64,000 nt of DNA, taken from the NCBI GenBank assembly GCA_963745025.1, contig CAVUWD010000013.1, positions 128,001 to 192,000 of the forward strand, read 5' to 3'. Positions 29,134 to 40,180 of this stretch are shown here, in pieces. The notes below the pieces were generated by a model. That model was not told the DNA's origin, searched no databases, and worked only from the letters and a program-made list of their open reading frames with translations. Numbering within the stretch: the stretch's first letter is position 1; every line of letters begins with the position of its first letter. Position numbers and translations under genes: made by a program. This stretch comes from an uncultured delta proteobacterium (GTDB taxonomy: Bacteria; Desulfobacterota; Binatia; JACPRU01).

Positions 29134-29423
29134 CGCCGGAGCCACGGTTTTGCCTATCGAAGATGCAACGTGTGCCGAGAAATGGATACATCCGTGAACC
29201 CGACGGTTTTCGAGGCCGGTCTCCTTACATAACCGGGAAATCCGTGCATGTCGTCGAAATGACAGAGCTATTTTTTTTGCGGAGTCCCGGGGTGAAGCCG
29301 CGTGTTAGAAGCACGTTAGTGAGGGAATGAACCTTGCAATTCAGCTCGAATATGAAGATGACGATCCCCGCGAGAAACCGAGGAATGGGTTTCGGGGGAG
29401 GTGCTGCAGAAGTGGGAGGCCGT

Positions 29424-29630
29424 ATGTTGAACGACCTGCGTGACATCTATTCCGATCCCGACACGATGTTCGTCATAAGCGTGATTTCCGACGCCATGCG
29501 GCGAGGGGTTCGTCACTTCAAGCTCGACGGCACGCCGCTCGGCCGGCTGAACGAGATCATCGATGCGTTGGCGGAGGACGGTGAAATCCTCATGGACGCC
29601 GACGGATCAAAGGACTGCCCACGACATTGA
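29424..29630 (+). CDS. Small hypothetical protein
   Basis: GGGAGG RBS before ATG 29424; codon usage typical of the region; 68 aa. Confidence 0.5.
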   Translation: MLNDLRDIYSDPDTMFVISVISDAMRRGVRHFKLDGTPLGRLNEIIDALAEDGEILMDADGSKDCPRH

Positions 29631-29792
29631 GGGGCGAGCGGATCGATCGAGGCGGCGGAGCGCACTCCACGAAATAGACCGAGCTGCCGGGTCGCGAAAT
29701 CGTGCGGCGCCTTCTTCGCGGCTCTGCAAGATCGCGTGCCACGAGCCGTCACGACTTGACAATCCCGCCGCTTTGCGAATCAAGCTCGGCTC

Positions 29793-30458
29793 GTGCCGCT
29801 GCTCTCGCTCGATGTGATCCGCTCGACGTGGAACGCAATGGGTTCGTGGACCTCGGCCGAGGCGGATCGCGAGGCGAAGCGCTTCGTCGATCGCCAGCCG
29901 ATCGTCAACGCCGCCGTGCTCGCGCTCACCGAAGACGCGGGCGAGGACGTCGCGTCGATCGCGCTCTATTGCGCGTGCGCGATCGCGGAATGTTACGAAG
30001 CGGCGCGAGGCCGCGCGCTGCCGCGCGTCCGCGAGCGCATCATGGACGAGGCGCTCGAAGGCATGGAGCGCTGGGGGCGCGACCTCGAGAGGATGGAGGA
30101 GCAATTGTTCGCGCGCCGCGCGCTCTATGGCCGGGACCATGACCAGCCCTATCTCGTCGCCGAGCTCATTCGTTACCTCATCGATGCCACCGACGAGGGC
30201 GAGTTCGATGGCGAGGACCTGGGCATCATCTTCTCGGTCCTGCTCGCCGTCATCCGCGCGTTCGATCGCGTGTCCGGCGTGCCGCGCCGCGTGCCGTCGA
30301 TGGAGCAGGTGCTGAAAGAGCTGACGGGTCGGCCGCTGCCCTGCCTGTATCGCTTGAGCCCCTGCCCGTGCGGCAGCGGGCGCCGCTATCGCGAGTGTTG
30401 CCTGCGGAAGCGGGGCCCCGCCAGCGCACGGAATCGCCTTCCCGCCCGCCTGCAGTGA
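29793..30458 (+). CDS. SEC-C motif protein
   Basis: C-terminal PCPCGSGRRYRECC; helical acidic N-domain. Confidence 0.8.
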   Translation: MPLLSLDVIRSTWNAMGSWTSAEADREAKRFVDRQPIVNAAVLALTEDAGEDVASIALYCACAIAECYEAARGRALPRVRERIMDEALEGMERWGRDLERMEEQLFARRALYGRDHDQPYLVAELIRYLIDATDEGEFDGEDLGIIFSVLLAVIRAFDRVSGVPRRVPSMEQVLKELTGRPLPCLYRLSPCPCGSGRRYRECCLRKRGPASARNRLPARLQ

Positions 30459-31222
30459 AGTTCGCCACCTGGAACGTCAACTCGATCCGTGCCCGTCTCG
30501 ATCGCGTGCTCGAATGGCTCGACCGTGTCGCACCGGACGTCCTCTGCATGCAAGAGACCAAGGTGACGGACGAGCTCTTTCCGCGCGAGCCCTTCGAGCG
30601 ACGCGGCTACCGCGTGATGGCCTTCGGTCAGAAGACCTACAACGGAGTGGCGATCGCCTCGCGTCGGCCGCTCGAGAGCACGGAGCGAGGCTTCGCCAAG
30701 CATTGCGCCGACCCCAGCTGTCGGCTGGTCGCTGCGACCACCGCGGACGTGCGCGTGGTCAACGTCTACGTGCCGAACGGGCGGGCCGTGGATTCTCCCC
30801 ACTTTGCGGCGAAGCTCGAGTGGCTGCGGTCGCTGCGGCGGTATCTCGATGACGTCGCGCGATCGACCGAAGCGATCCTCGTGTGCGGCGACTTCAACGT
30901 CGCGCCCGAAGACCGTGACGTCTACGCGCCCGAGCTCTTCCGCAATCAGGTCCACTGCCACCCTGAAGAGCGCAAGGCATTGGTCGAGATCGCGGAGTTC
31001 GGTTTGGTGGACGTGTTCCGACGCCATCACGCCGAGTCCGGTCTCTACTCGTGGTGGGACTACCGCCTCGGCGCGTTTCATCGCAACTGGGGCTTGCGGA
31101 TCGACCACATCTGGGCGAGCGAGTCGCTCGCCGCGCGCTGCACGTCGGCGTCGATCGATCGCGAGGCGCGAAAGGGCAAGCAGCCTTCGGATCACGCGCC
31201 GGTCGTCGTCGAGATCGCGTGA
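30455..31222 (+). CDS. xth: Exodeoxyribonuclease III
   Basis: KFATWNVNSIRAR, QETK, YNGVA, GDFN, SWWDYR, RIDH, SDHAPV. Confidence 0.95.
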   Translation: MKFATWNVNSIRARLDRVLEWLDRVAPDVLCMQETKVTDELFPREPFERRGYRVMAFGQKTYNGVAIASRRPLESTERGFAKHCADPSCRLVAATTADVRVVNVYVPNGRAVDSPHFAAKLEWLRSLRRYLDDVARSTEAILVCGDFNVAPEDRDVYAPELFRNQVHCHPEERKALVEIAEFGLVDVFRRHHAESGLYSWWDYRLGAFHRNWGLRIDHIWASESLAARCTSASIDREARKGKQPSDHAPVVVEIA

Positions 31223-31320
31223 CGCTTTCGTCGGAGCGGTGGTGGGTCATTTTGGGATTTGGAAGGATCGCGAAGGGGGCGGAGATCGCCAAAATGATCC
31301 ACTGCCGTCGGAGGACAACG

Positions 31321-32457
31321 ATGGTCAGTCGGCATGAATTTTATCTCTCCTTGGTCGCCGTCGGCCTGCTGGCCGGTTGGCTCGGAATGCGCTGGGAGCG
31401 ACAGCCGCCCGGCGGTATGTTCGTGCGCGCCGCAGAGGCGCAAATGCTCGCGTCGAAGCCGTTCAGCTTCGCCGCCGTGGCGCGGCGGGCGACCCCGTCG
31501 GTCGTCAACGTCTTCACCACGCATCACGTGCGGGTCCCTGCCTTCGGCTCGCCGCTCGGTGAGGGTGATCCCTTCGATCAGTTCTTCCGCCAGTTGCTTC
31601 CGGAGCTGCCCCGCGAGATGGAGCAGAAGAGCCTCGGCTCGGGTGTGATCGTCGATCGCGAAGGCTTGATCGTCACCAACCATCACGTGGTCGCCAACGC
31701 GGACGAGATCCAAGTGAAGCTGAGCGATACGCGGAGCTTCCCCGCGGAGCTGGTCGGCAGCGACGCACGCACCGACGTCGCCCTCGTGCGAATTCACGGC
31801 AACGGTCTGCCGCGGGCCGAGCTCGGCAATTCCGACGAACTCGGGGTCGGCGACTGGGTACTGGCGATCGGCAATCCATTCGGTCTCGAGGAGACCGTGA
31901 CGGCGGGAATCGTCAGCGCCAAGGAGCGCGTGATCGGCGCCGGGCCGTTCGACAACTTCATTCAGACCGATGCCTCGATCAACCCGGGCAACTCCGGCGG
32001 GCCGCTCATCGACGTCGACGGCAAGGTCGTCGGCGTGAACAGCGCGATCTACAGCCGCAGCGGCGGTTCGGTCGGCATCGGTTTCGCGATCCCGATCAAT
32101 CTGGTCATGCAGGTCGTCGGCGAGCTGCGAGCGCACCGCCGCATCGTGCGGGGCTGGCTCGGTGTGGCGATGCAGGACGTGACGCCGGAGCTCGCCCGTT
32201 CCTTCGGGCTCTCGAGCGACGAGGGCGCGCTGGTCTCGGACATCTATCGGGGCGGTCCAGCGCACCGCGCGGGTGTTCGCCGGGGAGACGTCATCGTCGC
32301 CTTCAACGGCCGGCCCGTGAAGAACTCGCGCGAACTCTCGCGCTGGGCCGCGGAGGTGCCGATCGGCACGTCGGTGAAGGTGGAGGTGGTGAGGGAGGGC
32401 GGGCGGCGGAGCTTCGAAGCGGTCATCGAGGAGGCACCGGTCGAGCGCGGCGCGTGA
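31321..32457 (+). CDS. HtrA/DegQ-family serine protease with one PDZ domain
   Basis: N-terminal TM; TNHHVV, DVAL, QTDASINPGNSGGPL; RGWLGV PDZ. Confidence 0.93.
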   Translation: MVSRHEFYLSLVAVGLLAGWLGMRWERQPPGGMFVRAAEAQMLASKPFSFAAVARRATPSVVNVFTTHHVRVPAFGSPLGEGDPFDQFFRQLLPELPREMEQKSLGSGVIVDREGLIVTNHHVVANADEIQVKLSDTRSFPAELVGSDARTDVALVRIHGNGLPRAELGNSDELGVGDWVLAIGNPFGLEETVTAGIVSAKERVIGAGPFDNFIQTDASINPGNSGGPLIDVDGKVVGVNSAIYSRSGGSVGIGFAIPINLVMQVVGELRAHRRIVRGWLGVAMQDVTPELARSFGLSSDEGALVSDIYRGGPAHRAGVRRGDVIVAFNGRPVKNSRELSRWAAEVPIGTSVKVEVVREGGRRSFEAVIEEAPVERGA

Positions 32458-32461
32458 AGAG

Positions 32462-32538
32462 CGGCTACCGGCTACCGGCTTCCGACTACCGGCAAAGACA
32501 TCGCGAAATCTTTTGCGGTAGCCGGTAGCCGGCAGCCG
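32462..32538. repeat. Inverted heptamer tandem array (CGGCTAC)n ... (GTAGCCG)n
   Basis: Four forward and three reverse units around a short spacer; second copy at 47605-47673. Confidence 0.85.
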
Positions 32539-32554
32539 TATTAGGATCGCCACC

Positions 32555-33418
32555 ATGGCCGAACACGACCTGAAGATTCTCGATTCGACGATCCACTACC
32601 GCGAGTCCGGCGCTGGCGATCCGATCGTCTTCCTGCACGGCAATCCCACCTCGTCGTACCTCTGGCGGAACGTCATTCCGCGTCTCGAGGGCGAAGGGCG
32701 CTGTCTGGCGCCCGATCTCATCGGCATGGGCCAGTCCGGGAAGCCGGACATCGCCTATCGCTTCGTCGATCATGCGCGCTATCTCGATGAATGGTTCGAC
32801 GCCCTGGCGCTCTCGCGGTTGACGCTCGTCGTTCACGACTGGGGCTCCGCGCTCGGCTTCCACTGGGCGAGTCGTCACGCCGAGCGGGTGGCCGCCATCG
32901 CCTTCATGGAAGCGATCGTCAAGCCGCTCACCTGGAGCGAGTGGCCGGAGAAGGCGCGCGAGGTGTTTCGCGGCTTTCGCACGCCGGGTGTCGGTGAGAC
33001 GCTCATCTTCGAGAGGAACGTGTTCATCGAGAACGTGCTGCCGGGATCGATCCTGCGAACGCTCACCGCCGAGGAGATGGACGCTTACCGTGCCCCGTTT
33101 CGCGACCCGAAGTCGCGGACTCCCGTGTGGCGCTGGCCGAACGAGATCCCGCTCGAAGGCGAGCCGAAGGACGTGGTCGAGAGCGTGACGACTTATGGCC
33201 GATGGCTCGCGGTGAGCGAGGTTCCGAAGCTCCTGCTGGCATTCGAACCAGGCGCGATCCTCGGGCCGGAGCTGGTCGACTATTGCCGGGTGCATTTCCG
33301 CAACCTCGAGATTCGCCATCTCGGCCGGGGCAGCCACTTCGTCCAGGAGGACCAGCCCGAGGCGATCGGCGACGCGATCCGCGAATGGCGTCGGCGCATT
33401 CTACCGCCGCGCTCGTGA
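32555..33418 (+). CDS. Haloalkane dehalogenase (DhaA/LinB-type alpha/beta hydrolase)
   Basis: HGNPTSSYLWRN, nucleophile HDWG, acid AFMEA, base HFVQED. Confidence 0.88.
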   Translation: MAEHDLKILDSTIHYRESGAGDPIVFLHGNPTSSYLWRNVIPRLEGEGRCLAPDLIGMGQSGKPDIAYRFVDHARYLDEWFDALALSRLTLVVHDWGSALGFHWASRHAERVAAIAFMEAIVKPLTWSEWPEKAREVFRGFRTPGVGETLIFERNVFIENVLPGSILRTLTAEEMDAYRAPFRDPKSRTPVWRWPNEIPLEGEPKDVVESVTTYGRWLAVSEVPKLLLAFEPGAILGPELVDYCRVHFRNLEIRHLGRGSHFVQEDQPEAIGDAIREWRRRILPPRS

Positions 33419-34939
33419 GCCATCCCCGTCTCGCTGGAATCTCCGTGCCGCTGTCCTCGCTCCGTTCCGAGAGCGACTGCGGCATCGGCGATTTCGAAGA
33501 CCTGACGATACTAATCGACTGGGCCGCGCGCTCGGGGCAGCGGATCATCGCGCTGCTTCCGCTCGGCGAGTCCGGGCCCGGCGAGGCGAGTCCCTACAAC
33601 GCGCTCTCGTCCTTCGCCCTCGATCCGATCTACCTGCGACCCTCGGCGATCGAGGAGATCGGACCGGATCGGAGCACGCCTCCGTCACCGCCACGCTCGG
33701 CGGTCGTCGACCACGCGCGCGTGCGCGCCTGGAAGAAGCCGCTCTTTCAAGAGGCGTTCCGGCGCTTTCACGCCCGCGGCGCCGTCGATCCACGGCGCGA
33801 GCGATTCGAGGAGTTCCGCCACGCAAGCGCGGCGTGGCTCTCCGACTACGCGATCTTCCGCGCCCTTTTCGAGGAGCAGCACGGGCGCTCGTGGAAGCAC
33901 TGGCCCGAGCCGCTTCGCCATCGCGACGCGGCTGCGCTCGCCAAGGCGCGCGTTCGGCTGCGCGAGCGGATTGCCTTCTTCGAGTTCCTGCAATTCGCGG
34001 CCGAGGAGACGTGGCTCGCCGTGCGCCGCGTCGCCGCCGGGCGCGGCGTGCTGCTCATGGGGGATCTGCCGTTCGCTCCGTCCGAGAACAGCGCCGACGT
34101 CTGGGCCAATCCCGAGATCTTCGACCTCTCGCGCTCGATCGGTGCGCCGCCCGATGCCTTCAGCGAGACGGGGCAGCGCTGGGGCCTGCCGATGTACCGC
34201 TGGCAGGCGATGCGCGCGGGCGGATGGCGCTGGTTTCGCGCCCGCGCGCGGCGAATGGCCGAGCTCTACGACCTCTTCCGAATCGACCACGTGGTCGGGC
34301 TCTTTCGCACGTTCAACTTCGTCGGCGAGTCGCCGAACGGCTTCGATCCACCCGAGGAGGCGGCCGAGATCGCTCAAGGGCGCGAGATCCTCGGCATCGT
34401 CGCCGAGGAAGCCCATCCGGCGAAGCTCGTCGCCGAGGATCTCGGCGTGATCCCGCCGTTCGTTACCGCGATACTCTCCGCGCTCGACGTTCCTGGATAC
34501 AAGGTGCTGCGCTGGCAGCGCGACGACGAGGGCTTCGAAGACACCGAGCGCTATCCGGAGTGCTCGATCGCAACTACCGGAACCCACGACACCGAGACGC
34601 TCGCCGCCTGGTGGGACGACCTGCCTCCGGCCGATCGCCGCTCGCTCGTGGACCTAGTCGGTGCGCCTCCCGAGGCCGCGCGCGGGACGCTCGCGCGTCC
34701 GCTTCGCCACGCGATCCTCGAACGACTCTACCGTTCGCCCTCGCGCTACGTGATTTTGCCGATTCAGGACCTCTTCGGCTGGCGCGAGCGGATCAACACG
34801 CCGGCCACCATGACGGAGGACAACTGGGTGTTTCGCTTGCCGCTGCCGCTCGAGCGCTTCGCGACCGACACGGGGGTCGCCACCGAGACGGCGGCTCTGC
34901 GAGCCTTGATTGACGCGTCGAGACGATTGCGGAAAATAG
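33415..34939 (+). CDS. malQ: 4-alpha-glucanotransferase (amylomaltase, GH77); reads in frame into the next gene in this sequence
   Basis: GIGDF, SPY, MGDLPF, GAPPDAFS..GQRWG, FRIDHVVG, AEDLG, TGTHDT, RINTP, NW. Confidence 0.88.
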
Positions 34940-35010
34940 ACCGGACGACCCCCCGCGAGCCGTCTCGTCGCGGAAGCCGCGTGAAGACGCGAGAAAGTCC
35001 CGAGGGCGCA

Positions 35011-35892
35011 ATGGGCGAATTCAAAGCCGCAAGCGTACGAGCCGGCGGGCTCACATTCCACTACCTCGAAGCCGGCACCGGCCCACTCGTGCTCTGTCTG
35101 CACGGCTTTCCCGATCATGCGCGCTCGTTCCGGTTTCAGTTGCCGGCGCTGGCCAAGGCGGGCTTCCGAGCGGTTGCCCCGTACTTGAGGGGGTACGCGC
35201 CGAGCGACGTGCCCGCCAATGGCCCCTACCAGTCGGCGGCGCTCGCCAAAGACGCGGTCGCGCTGATCGAGGCGCTCTCGCCGAAGGAGCCTGCATTCGT
35301 TTTCGGCCACGACTGGGGCGCGCTCGCGACGTATGGCGCGGCGCAGATCGCGCCGCAGCGCGTTCGCAAGATCGCGACAGCCGCCGTGCCTCACGGCCCG
35401 CAGCTCATGCAAGCGATCGTCGCGAACTATTCGCAGATGAAGCGGTCCTGGTACATGTTCATGTTCCAGATGCCGACCGCCGAAGCCGCCGTTTCCAACA
35501 ACGGGTTCGAGTTTCTCGACCGGATGTGGGCGGATTGGTCGCCCGGCTGGACGCTGCCGCGCGAAGAGATGGCGGCGCTCAAGGCGACGTTCGAAAAGCC
35601 CGGAGTCCTCGCCGCGGCGCTCGGCTATTACCGGCATGCCTTCAACCCTGCCCTCCAGGTCGCCGAGCTCGCCGATCTGCAGGCGAAGCTGATGACCGAT
35701 CCGATCCCGGTTCCCGCCCTGGTGTTCCACGGGCAGCGCGACGGGTGCATTGGCGCCGAAACGCTCGAGGGTATGGAGGCCCTGTTCCCGAAAGGCTTGA
35801 AGAAGGTGGTTCTTCAGGACGCCGGGCACTTCCTCCACCAGGAGAAGCCGGAGCGCGTCAACGAGGAGCTGATCGCGTTCCTGAAGGCATGA
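35011..35892 (+). CDS. Alpha/beta hydrolase, epoxide-hydrolase-like
   Basis: HGFPD, GHDWGA, SWYMFMFQ, GHFLHQE; own RBS-like GAGGG before ATG 35011. Confidence 0.85.
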   Translation: MGEFKAASVRAGGLTFHYLEAGTGPLVLCLHGFPDHARSFRFQLPALAKAGFRAVAPYLRGYAPSDVPANGPYQSAALAKDAVALIEALSPKEPAFVFGHDWGALATYGAAQIAPQRVRKIATAAVPHGPQLMQAIVANYSQMKRSWYMFMFQMPTAEAAVSNNGFEFLDRMWADWSPGWTLPREEMAALKATFEKPGVLAAALGYYRHAFNPALQVAELADLQAKLMTDPIPVPALVFHGQRDGCIGAETLEGMEALFPKGLKKVVLQDAGHFLHQEKPERVNEELIAFLKA

Positions 35893-38653
35893 ACGTCCTC
35901 GACTTCATCGCCCGCGCCAATCCGGAATACGTCGAAACGCTCTATCGGCAGTTCAAGGGCGATCCGAAGTCCGTAGACGAGCGCTGGGCGCTGGTCTTCG
36001 CCGGCTACGAGTTCGCCGAGCAGAACGGCGCGAGGACGACGGAGGCGGGTCCCGCGCTGCGCGTATCGGACCTCGTGGACGCGTATCGGCACTTCGCTCA
36101 CCTGATCGCCGACCTCGATCCGCTCGGTCACAGCGAGCGCTCGCACCCGTTCCTCGAGCTCGGGCGCTTCGGGTTTAGCGACGATGACCTCGGCCGCATC
36201 GTGTCGTCGTCGACGTTCTTGGTCTCGACGACGTGCCGCTCGGCGAGCTGATCGCTACGCTGCGCGAGACGTATTGCGGGACGCTCGGCGTCGAGCTCGT
36301 CGACATCCGCGAGCGCGAGCAGCGCGACTGGCTCGTCGAGCGCATGGAGTGCTGCCGCAACCGGCCGGATCTTCGCCCCGAAGAGCGCGTTCGGCTTCTC
36401 GAGCGGCTGATCGCGGCCGAGACCTTCGAGCAGTTCCTGCAGACCAAATACGTCGGCCAGAAGCGCTTCTCGCTCGAGGGCGGGGAGGCGCTGATCACGG
36501 TTCTCGACACGATCGTCGAGGACGCCGCGACCTCTGGTGTCGAAGAGATGGTCATAGGGATGCCGCACCGCGGGCGCCTCAACGTCCTCGCCCACATTCT
36601 CCACAAGCCCTACGAGATGATTCTCTCCGAGTTCGAGGGCGTGTTCCTGCCGGCGGGAATCCAGGGGGACGGAGACGTCAAGTACCATCTCGGCTACTCG
36701 CGCGACCACCAGGCGCGCGGTGGCCGAAAGATTCACCTCTCGCTCAGCTCGAACCCGAGCCACCTCGAGGCGATCGACCCGGTGGTCGAAGGCATCGTGC
36801 GCGCCAAGCAGTCATATCTTGGCGATCGCGAGCGGCGGCGCGTCGTTCCCGTGCTCATGCACGGCGACGCTGCGTTCACCGGGCAAGGGTTGGTGTACGA
36901 GACGCTCGCGCTCTCGGAGCTCCAGGCGTTCACCACGGGAGGGACGATCCATCTCATCGTCAACAACCAGATCGGTTTCACCACCTCGCCGCGCGAGTTC
37001 CGTTTCACGCGCTATCCCTCGGATCTCGCCTCGGTGATCCAGGTTCCGATCTTCCACGTCAACGCCGACGACCCCGAAGCCGCGCTGCAGGCGGCGCGGC
37101 TCGCCATGGCGTTCCACCGCCGGTTCGGTGTCGACGTGGTGATCGATCTCGTCTGCTACCGCCGCCATGGTCACAGCGAGCTCGACGATCCGACGTTCAC
37201 CCAACCGGTGATGTATCGCGAGATCCGCGAGCAGCCGACCGTGGTGGCGCGCTACGCGGAGCGGCTGGAGAGGGAAGGCGTCATCGACGGCGCGCGTGCG
37301 GGCGAGATCCGCGCCGAGATCAAGGGGACGCTCGAAGACGCGCTCAGCTACGCCCGCGACTTCATGCCGCGCCAGCAGGTGTTCGCGCTCGGCGGCGTCT
37401 GGAAGGGATTCGGCTGGGCGGGGGCGGATTGGAGCGCGGATACGCGCTTCGACGCGTCCCGGCTGCTCGAAGCCGCCGAGGCGCTGCGCCGGTTTCCAGA
37501 GGATTTCACGCCCCATCCGCGCCTCGTGAAGCTCCTCGAGCAACGATACGAGATGGTGAAGAAAGGCGAAGGGATCGACTGGGGTGCGGCGGAAACCCTG
37601 TGCTACGCGAGCTTGCTGCTCGAGGGCACGCCGATCCGGCTGACCGGTCAGGACACCGGTCGCGGCACGTTCAGTCACCGACACGCGATTCTCTACGATG
37701 CTCAGAGCGGCGCCGAGTACGTTCCGCTCAACCATCTCGCCTCCGGTCAGGCCGAGATCGAGGTCGTCAACAGCCTGCTCAGCGAGGCGGCCGTGCTCGG
37801 GTTCGAGTACGGGATGTCGAGCGCGGATCCGCGCCGGCTGGTGATCTGGGAGGCGCAGTTCGGCGATTTCGCCAACGAGGCGCAGGTCATCATCGACCAG
37901 TTCGTGTCGAGCGCGGAGTCGAAGTGGCAGCGCATGAGCGGACTGGTGATGCTGCTGCCGCACGGCTACGAAGGCCAAGGTCCGGAGCACTCGAGCGCCC
38001 GCCTGGAGCGCTTTCTGCAGCTGTCGGCCGACCAGAACATGCAGGTTGTCAACTTGACCACTCCGGCGCAGCTTTTCCATGCGCTGCGCCGCCAGATCCA
38101 TCGCCCGTTTCGGAAACCGCTCGTCGTGATGAGCCCGAAGAGCCTGCTGCGGCATCCGCGCGCGGTGTCGACGCTCGCAGACCTGGCCGAGCAGACGTTC
38201 CAGACGGTGTTCGCCGACCCGGCCGCGCCGAATCCTTCGGGGGTGCAGCGCGTGCTGATGTGCTCGGGGAAGATTTTCTACGCGCTCGACAACGAGCGCC
38301 ACGAGCGGGAGCGAAACGACGTGGCCATCGTGCGCGTCGAGCAGCTCTACCCTTTTCCGGCTACCGAGCTCGGCGCACTCGTTCGCGGCTACCCGAACGC
38401 GACCGAGGTTCGCTGGGTCCAGGACGAGCCCAAGAATCAGGGGAGCTGGCAGTTCGTTGCGCCGCTCTTGCGCGCCATGCTCGGCGGGGACGGCAATCTC
38501 GGCTACATCGGGCGAGACGAAGCCGCCAGCCCGGCGACGGGCAGCTACAAGATCCATCAAGGCGAAGAGTCGGCGATTCTCGACGAGGCGCTGAAGCGTC
38601 CACGTCCGTACGCCGCAGAGACGCCGCGGCGCGCGGATCGTGCCGCGGGGTGA
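35889..38653 (+). CDS. sucA: 2-oxoglutarate dehydrogenase E1 (apparent 1-nt frameshift at about 36220)
   Basis: N-terminal NPEYVETLYRQF..DPKSVDERW in one frame; GQKRFSLEG, GMPHRGRLN, GDVKYHLG, HGDAAF, WEAQFGDF, HGYEGQGPEHSSAR in the -1 frame. Confidence 0.92.
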
Positions 38654-38662
38654 GGTCTCAAC

Positions 38663-39907
38663 ATGACGGTGGAGGTACGGATTCCTTCGTTGGGCGAATC
38701 GGTGAGCCAGGGTGTCATCGCCCGCTGGCTGAAGGAGAACGGCGAGGCCATCGCGGTTGACGACGCGCTTTTCGAGCTAGAGACCGATAAGGCCACGATG
38801 GAGATTCCCGCCGAAGCGGCGGGGCGGCTCGAAATCTTGAAGGCCGCCGGCGAAACGGTCGCGGTTGGCACGATCGTCGCGCGCATCGCCGACGGCGCGG
38901 GCGCCGCGGCCGCGAAGCCGAAGCCCGCTGCGCCAGCGCCGGCCGCGGCGCCGAGCCCGCCCGCCGAGTCGGAGGAGAAGGAGGACGTGCAGCTGAGCCC
39001 CGCGGTGCGAAAGCTATTGGTCGAGAACGGCATCGACGCGGCCGAGGTTCGCGGAACGGGAAGGGGCGGACGGCTCACCAAAGAGGACGTGCTCAAGGCG
39101 ATCGAGGACGGCAAGAAGGCCGCGGCGGGGGAGCCGTCGGCGCCGAGGCCCCCCGAAGCGCCTGCCACGGCTCGTCCCTCCGCTCCGGCGCCGCCCGCGT
39201 CCGCCGGAGCCGACGTCGAGCGCGTCGCGATGACGCGTCTTCGCAAGCGCATCGCCGAGCGGCTGGTCGAGGCACAGCGTACGGCGGCCATCCTCACCAC
39301 CTTCAACGAAATCGACATGTCGGCGGTGATCGTGCTCCGCAAGCGCTACAAGGAGCGCTTCGAGAAGGCGCACGGCGTCGGGCTCGGCTTCATGTCGCTC
39401 TTCGGGCGAGCGTGCATTCAAGCCCTTCGCGAGCTGCCGATCGTCAACGCCTCGATCGAAGGTGACGACGTCGTCTATCACAAGCGCGTGCATCTCGGCA
39501 TTGCCGTCGGCACCCCGCGCGGCTTGGTCGTACCGGTGGTGCGGAGCGCCGATTCGCTCTCGGTTGCGGGTCTGGAGAAAGCGATCGGCGAGCTCGCCGC
39601 GCTGGCACGCGACGGGAAGCTGCTTCCCGATCATCTCGCCGGCGGCACTTTCACGATCTCGAACGGCGGCGTCTACGGCTCGCTGATGTCGACGCCGATC
39701 TTGACGCCGCCCCAGTCGGCGATCCTCGGCATGCACAAGATCGAGGAGCGGCCGGTGGCGATCGACGGGCAGGTGGTGATCCGGCCGATGATGTACGTCG
39801 CGCTCTCCTATGATCATCGTTTGGTCGATGGCGAGCAGGCGGTGACCTTCCTCATCCGCGTCAAGGAGCGGCTGGAGGATCCGTCGCGCATGGTGCTAGA
39901 GGTCTGA
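38663..39907 (+). CDS. sucB: Dihydrolipoamide succinyltransferase E2
   Basis: Lipoyl ETDKA, E3-binding [13 protein letters not shown], catalytic SYDHRLVDG. Confidence 0.95.
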   Translation: MTVEVRIPSLGESVSQGVIARWLKENGEAIAVDDALFELETDKATMEIPAEAAGRLEILKAAGETVAVGTIVARIADGAGAAAAKPKPAAPAPAAAPSPPAESEEKEDVQLSPAVRKLLVENGIDAAEVRGTGRGGRLTKEDVLKAIEDGKKAAAGEPSAPRPPEAPATARPSAPAPPASAGADVERVAMTRLRKRIAERLVEAQRTAAILTTFNEIDMSAVIVLRKRYKERFEKAHGVGLGFMSLFGRACIQALRELPIVNASIEGDDVVYHKRVHLGIAVGTPRGLVVPVVRSADSLSVAGLEKAIGELAALARDGKLLPDHLAGGTFTISNGGVYGSLMSTPILTPPQSAILGMHKIEERPVAIDGQVVIRPMMYVALSYDHRLVDGEQAVTFLIRVKERLEDPSRMVLEV

Positions 39908-39921
39908 AGGAGCAAGTCCTC

Positions 39922-40150
39922 GTGATCAACGCGGTCCAGACGAAGTGGCGCATCGCCAGTGAAGAGGCCGTGTCGTGCAACTGTGCGCGACGACGCTCGC
40001 CGGTCTGCGCTTCGCGCGGGTGATCTCCTGGCCGGACCGCATCGACCACGGCAACGGCACCGACTGCTGGTGATCGACGAGCAGGCTTCGCCGCAGCAGC
40101 GGAGGTGCTGGTGGGGCGGCTCCTACCTCGAGATCTTCGCGGCCATAGAA
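39922..40150 (+). pseudogene. Degraded remnant, DUF1326-like
   Basis: Fragments in shifting frames: TKWRIASEEAVSCNC / LAGLRFARVISWPDRIDHGNGT / LLVIDEQASPQQR / GGSYLEIFAA. Confidence 0.55.
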
Positions 40151-40180
40151 CTGGGTGGCCGCCCACGCTAGAAATCGTCC

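Noticed and set aside
29134-29423. Lower-GC intergenic stretch with a T-run and GGCAC...TTGC-like sequence (possible sRNA or sigma-54 promoter)
   Set aside because: GG-GC spacing is 8 rather than 10, and no recognisable RNA structure could be supported.
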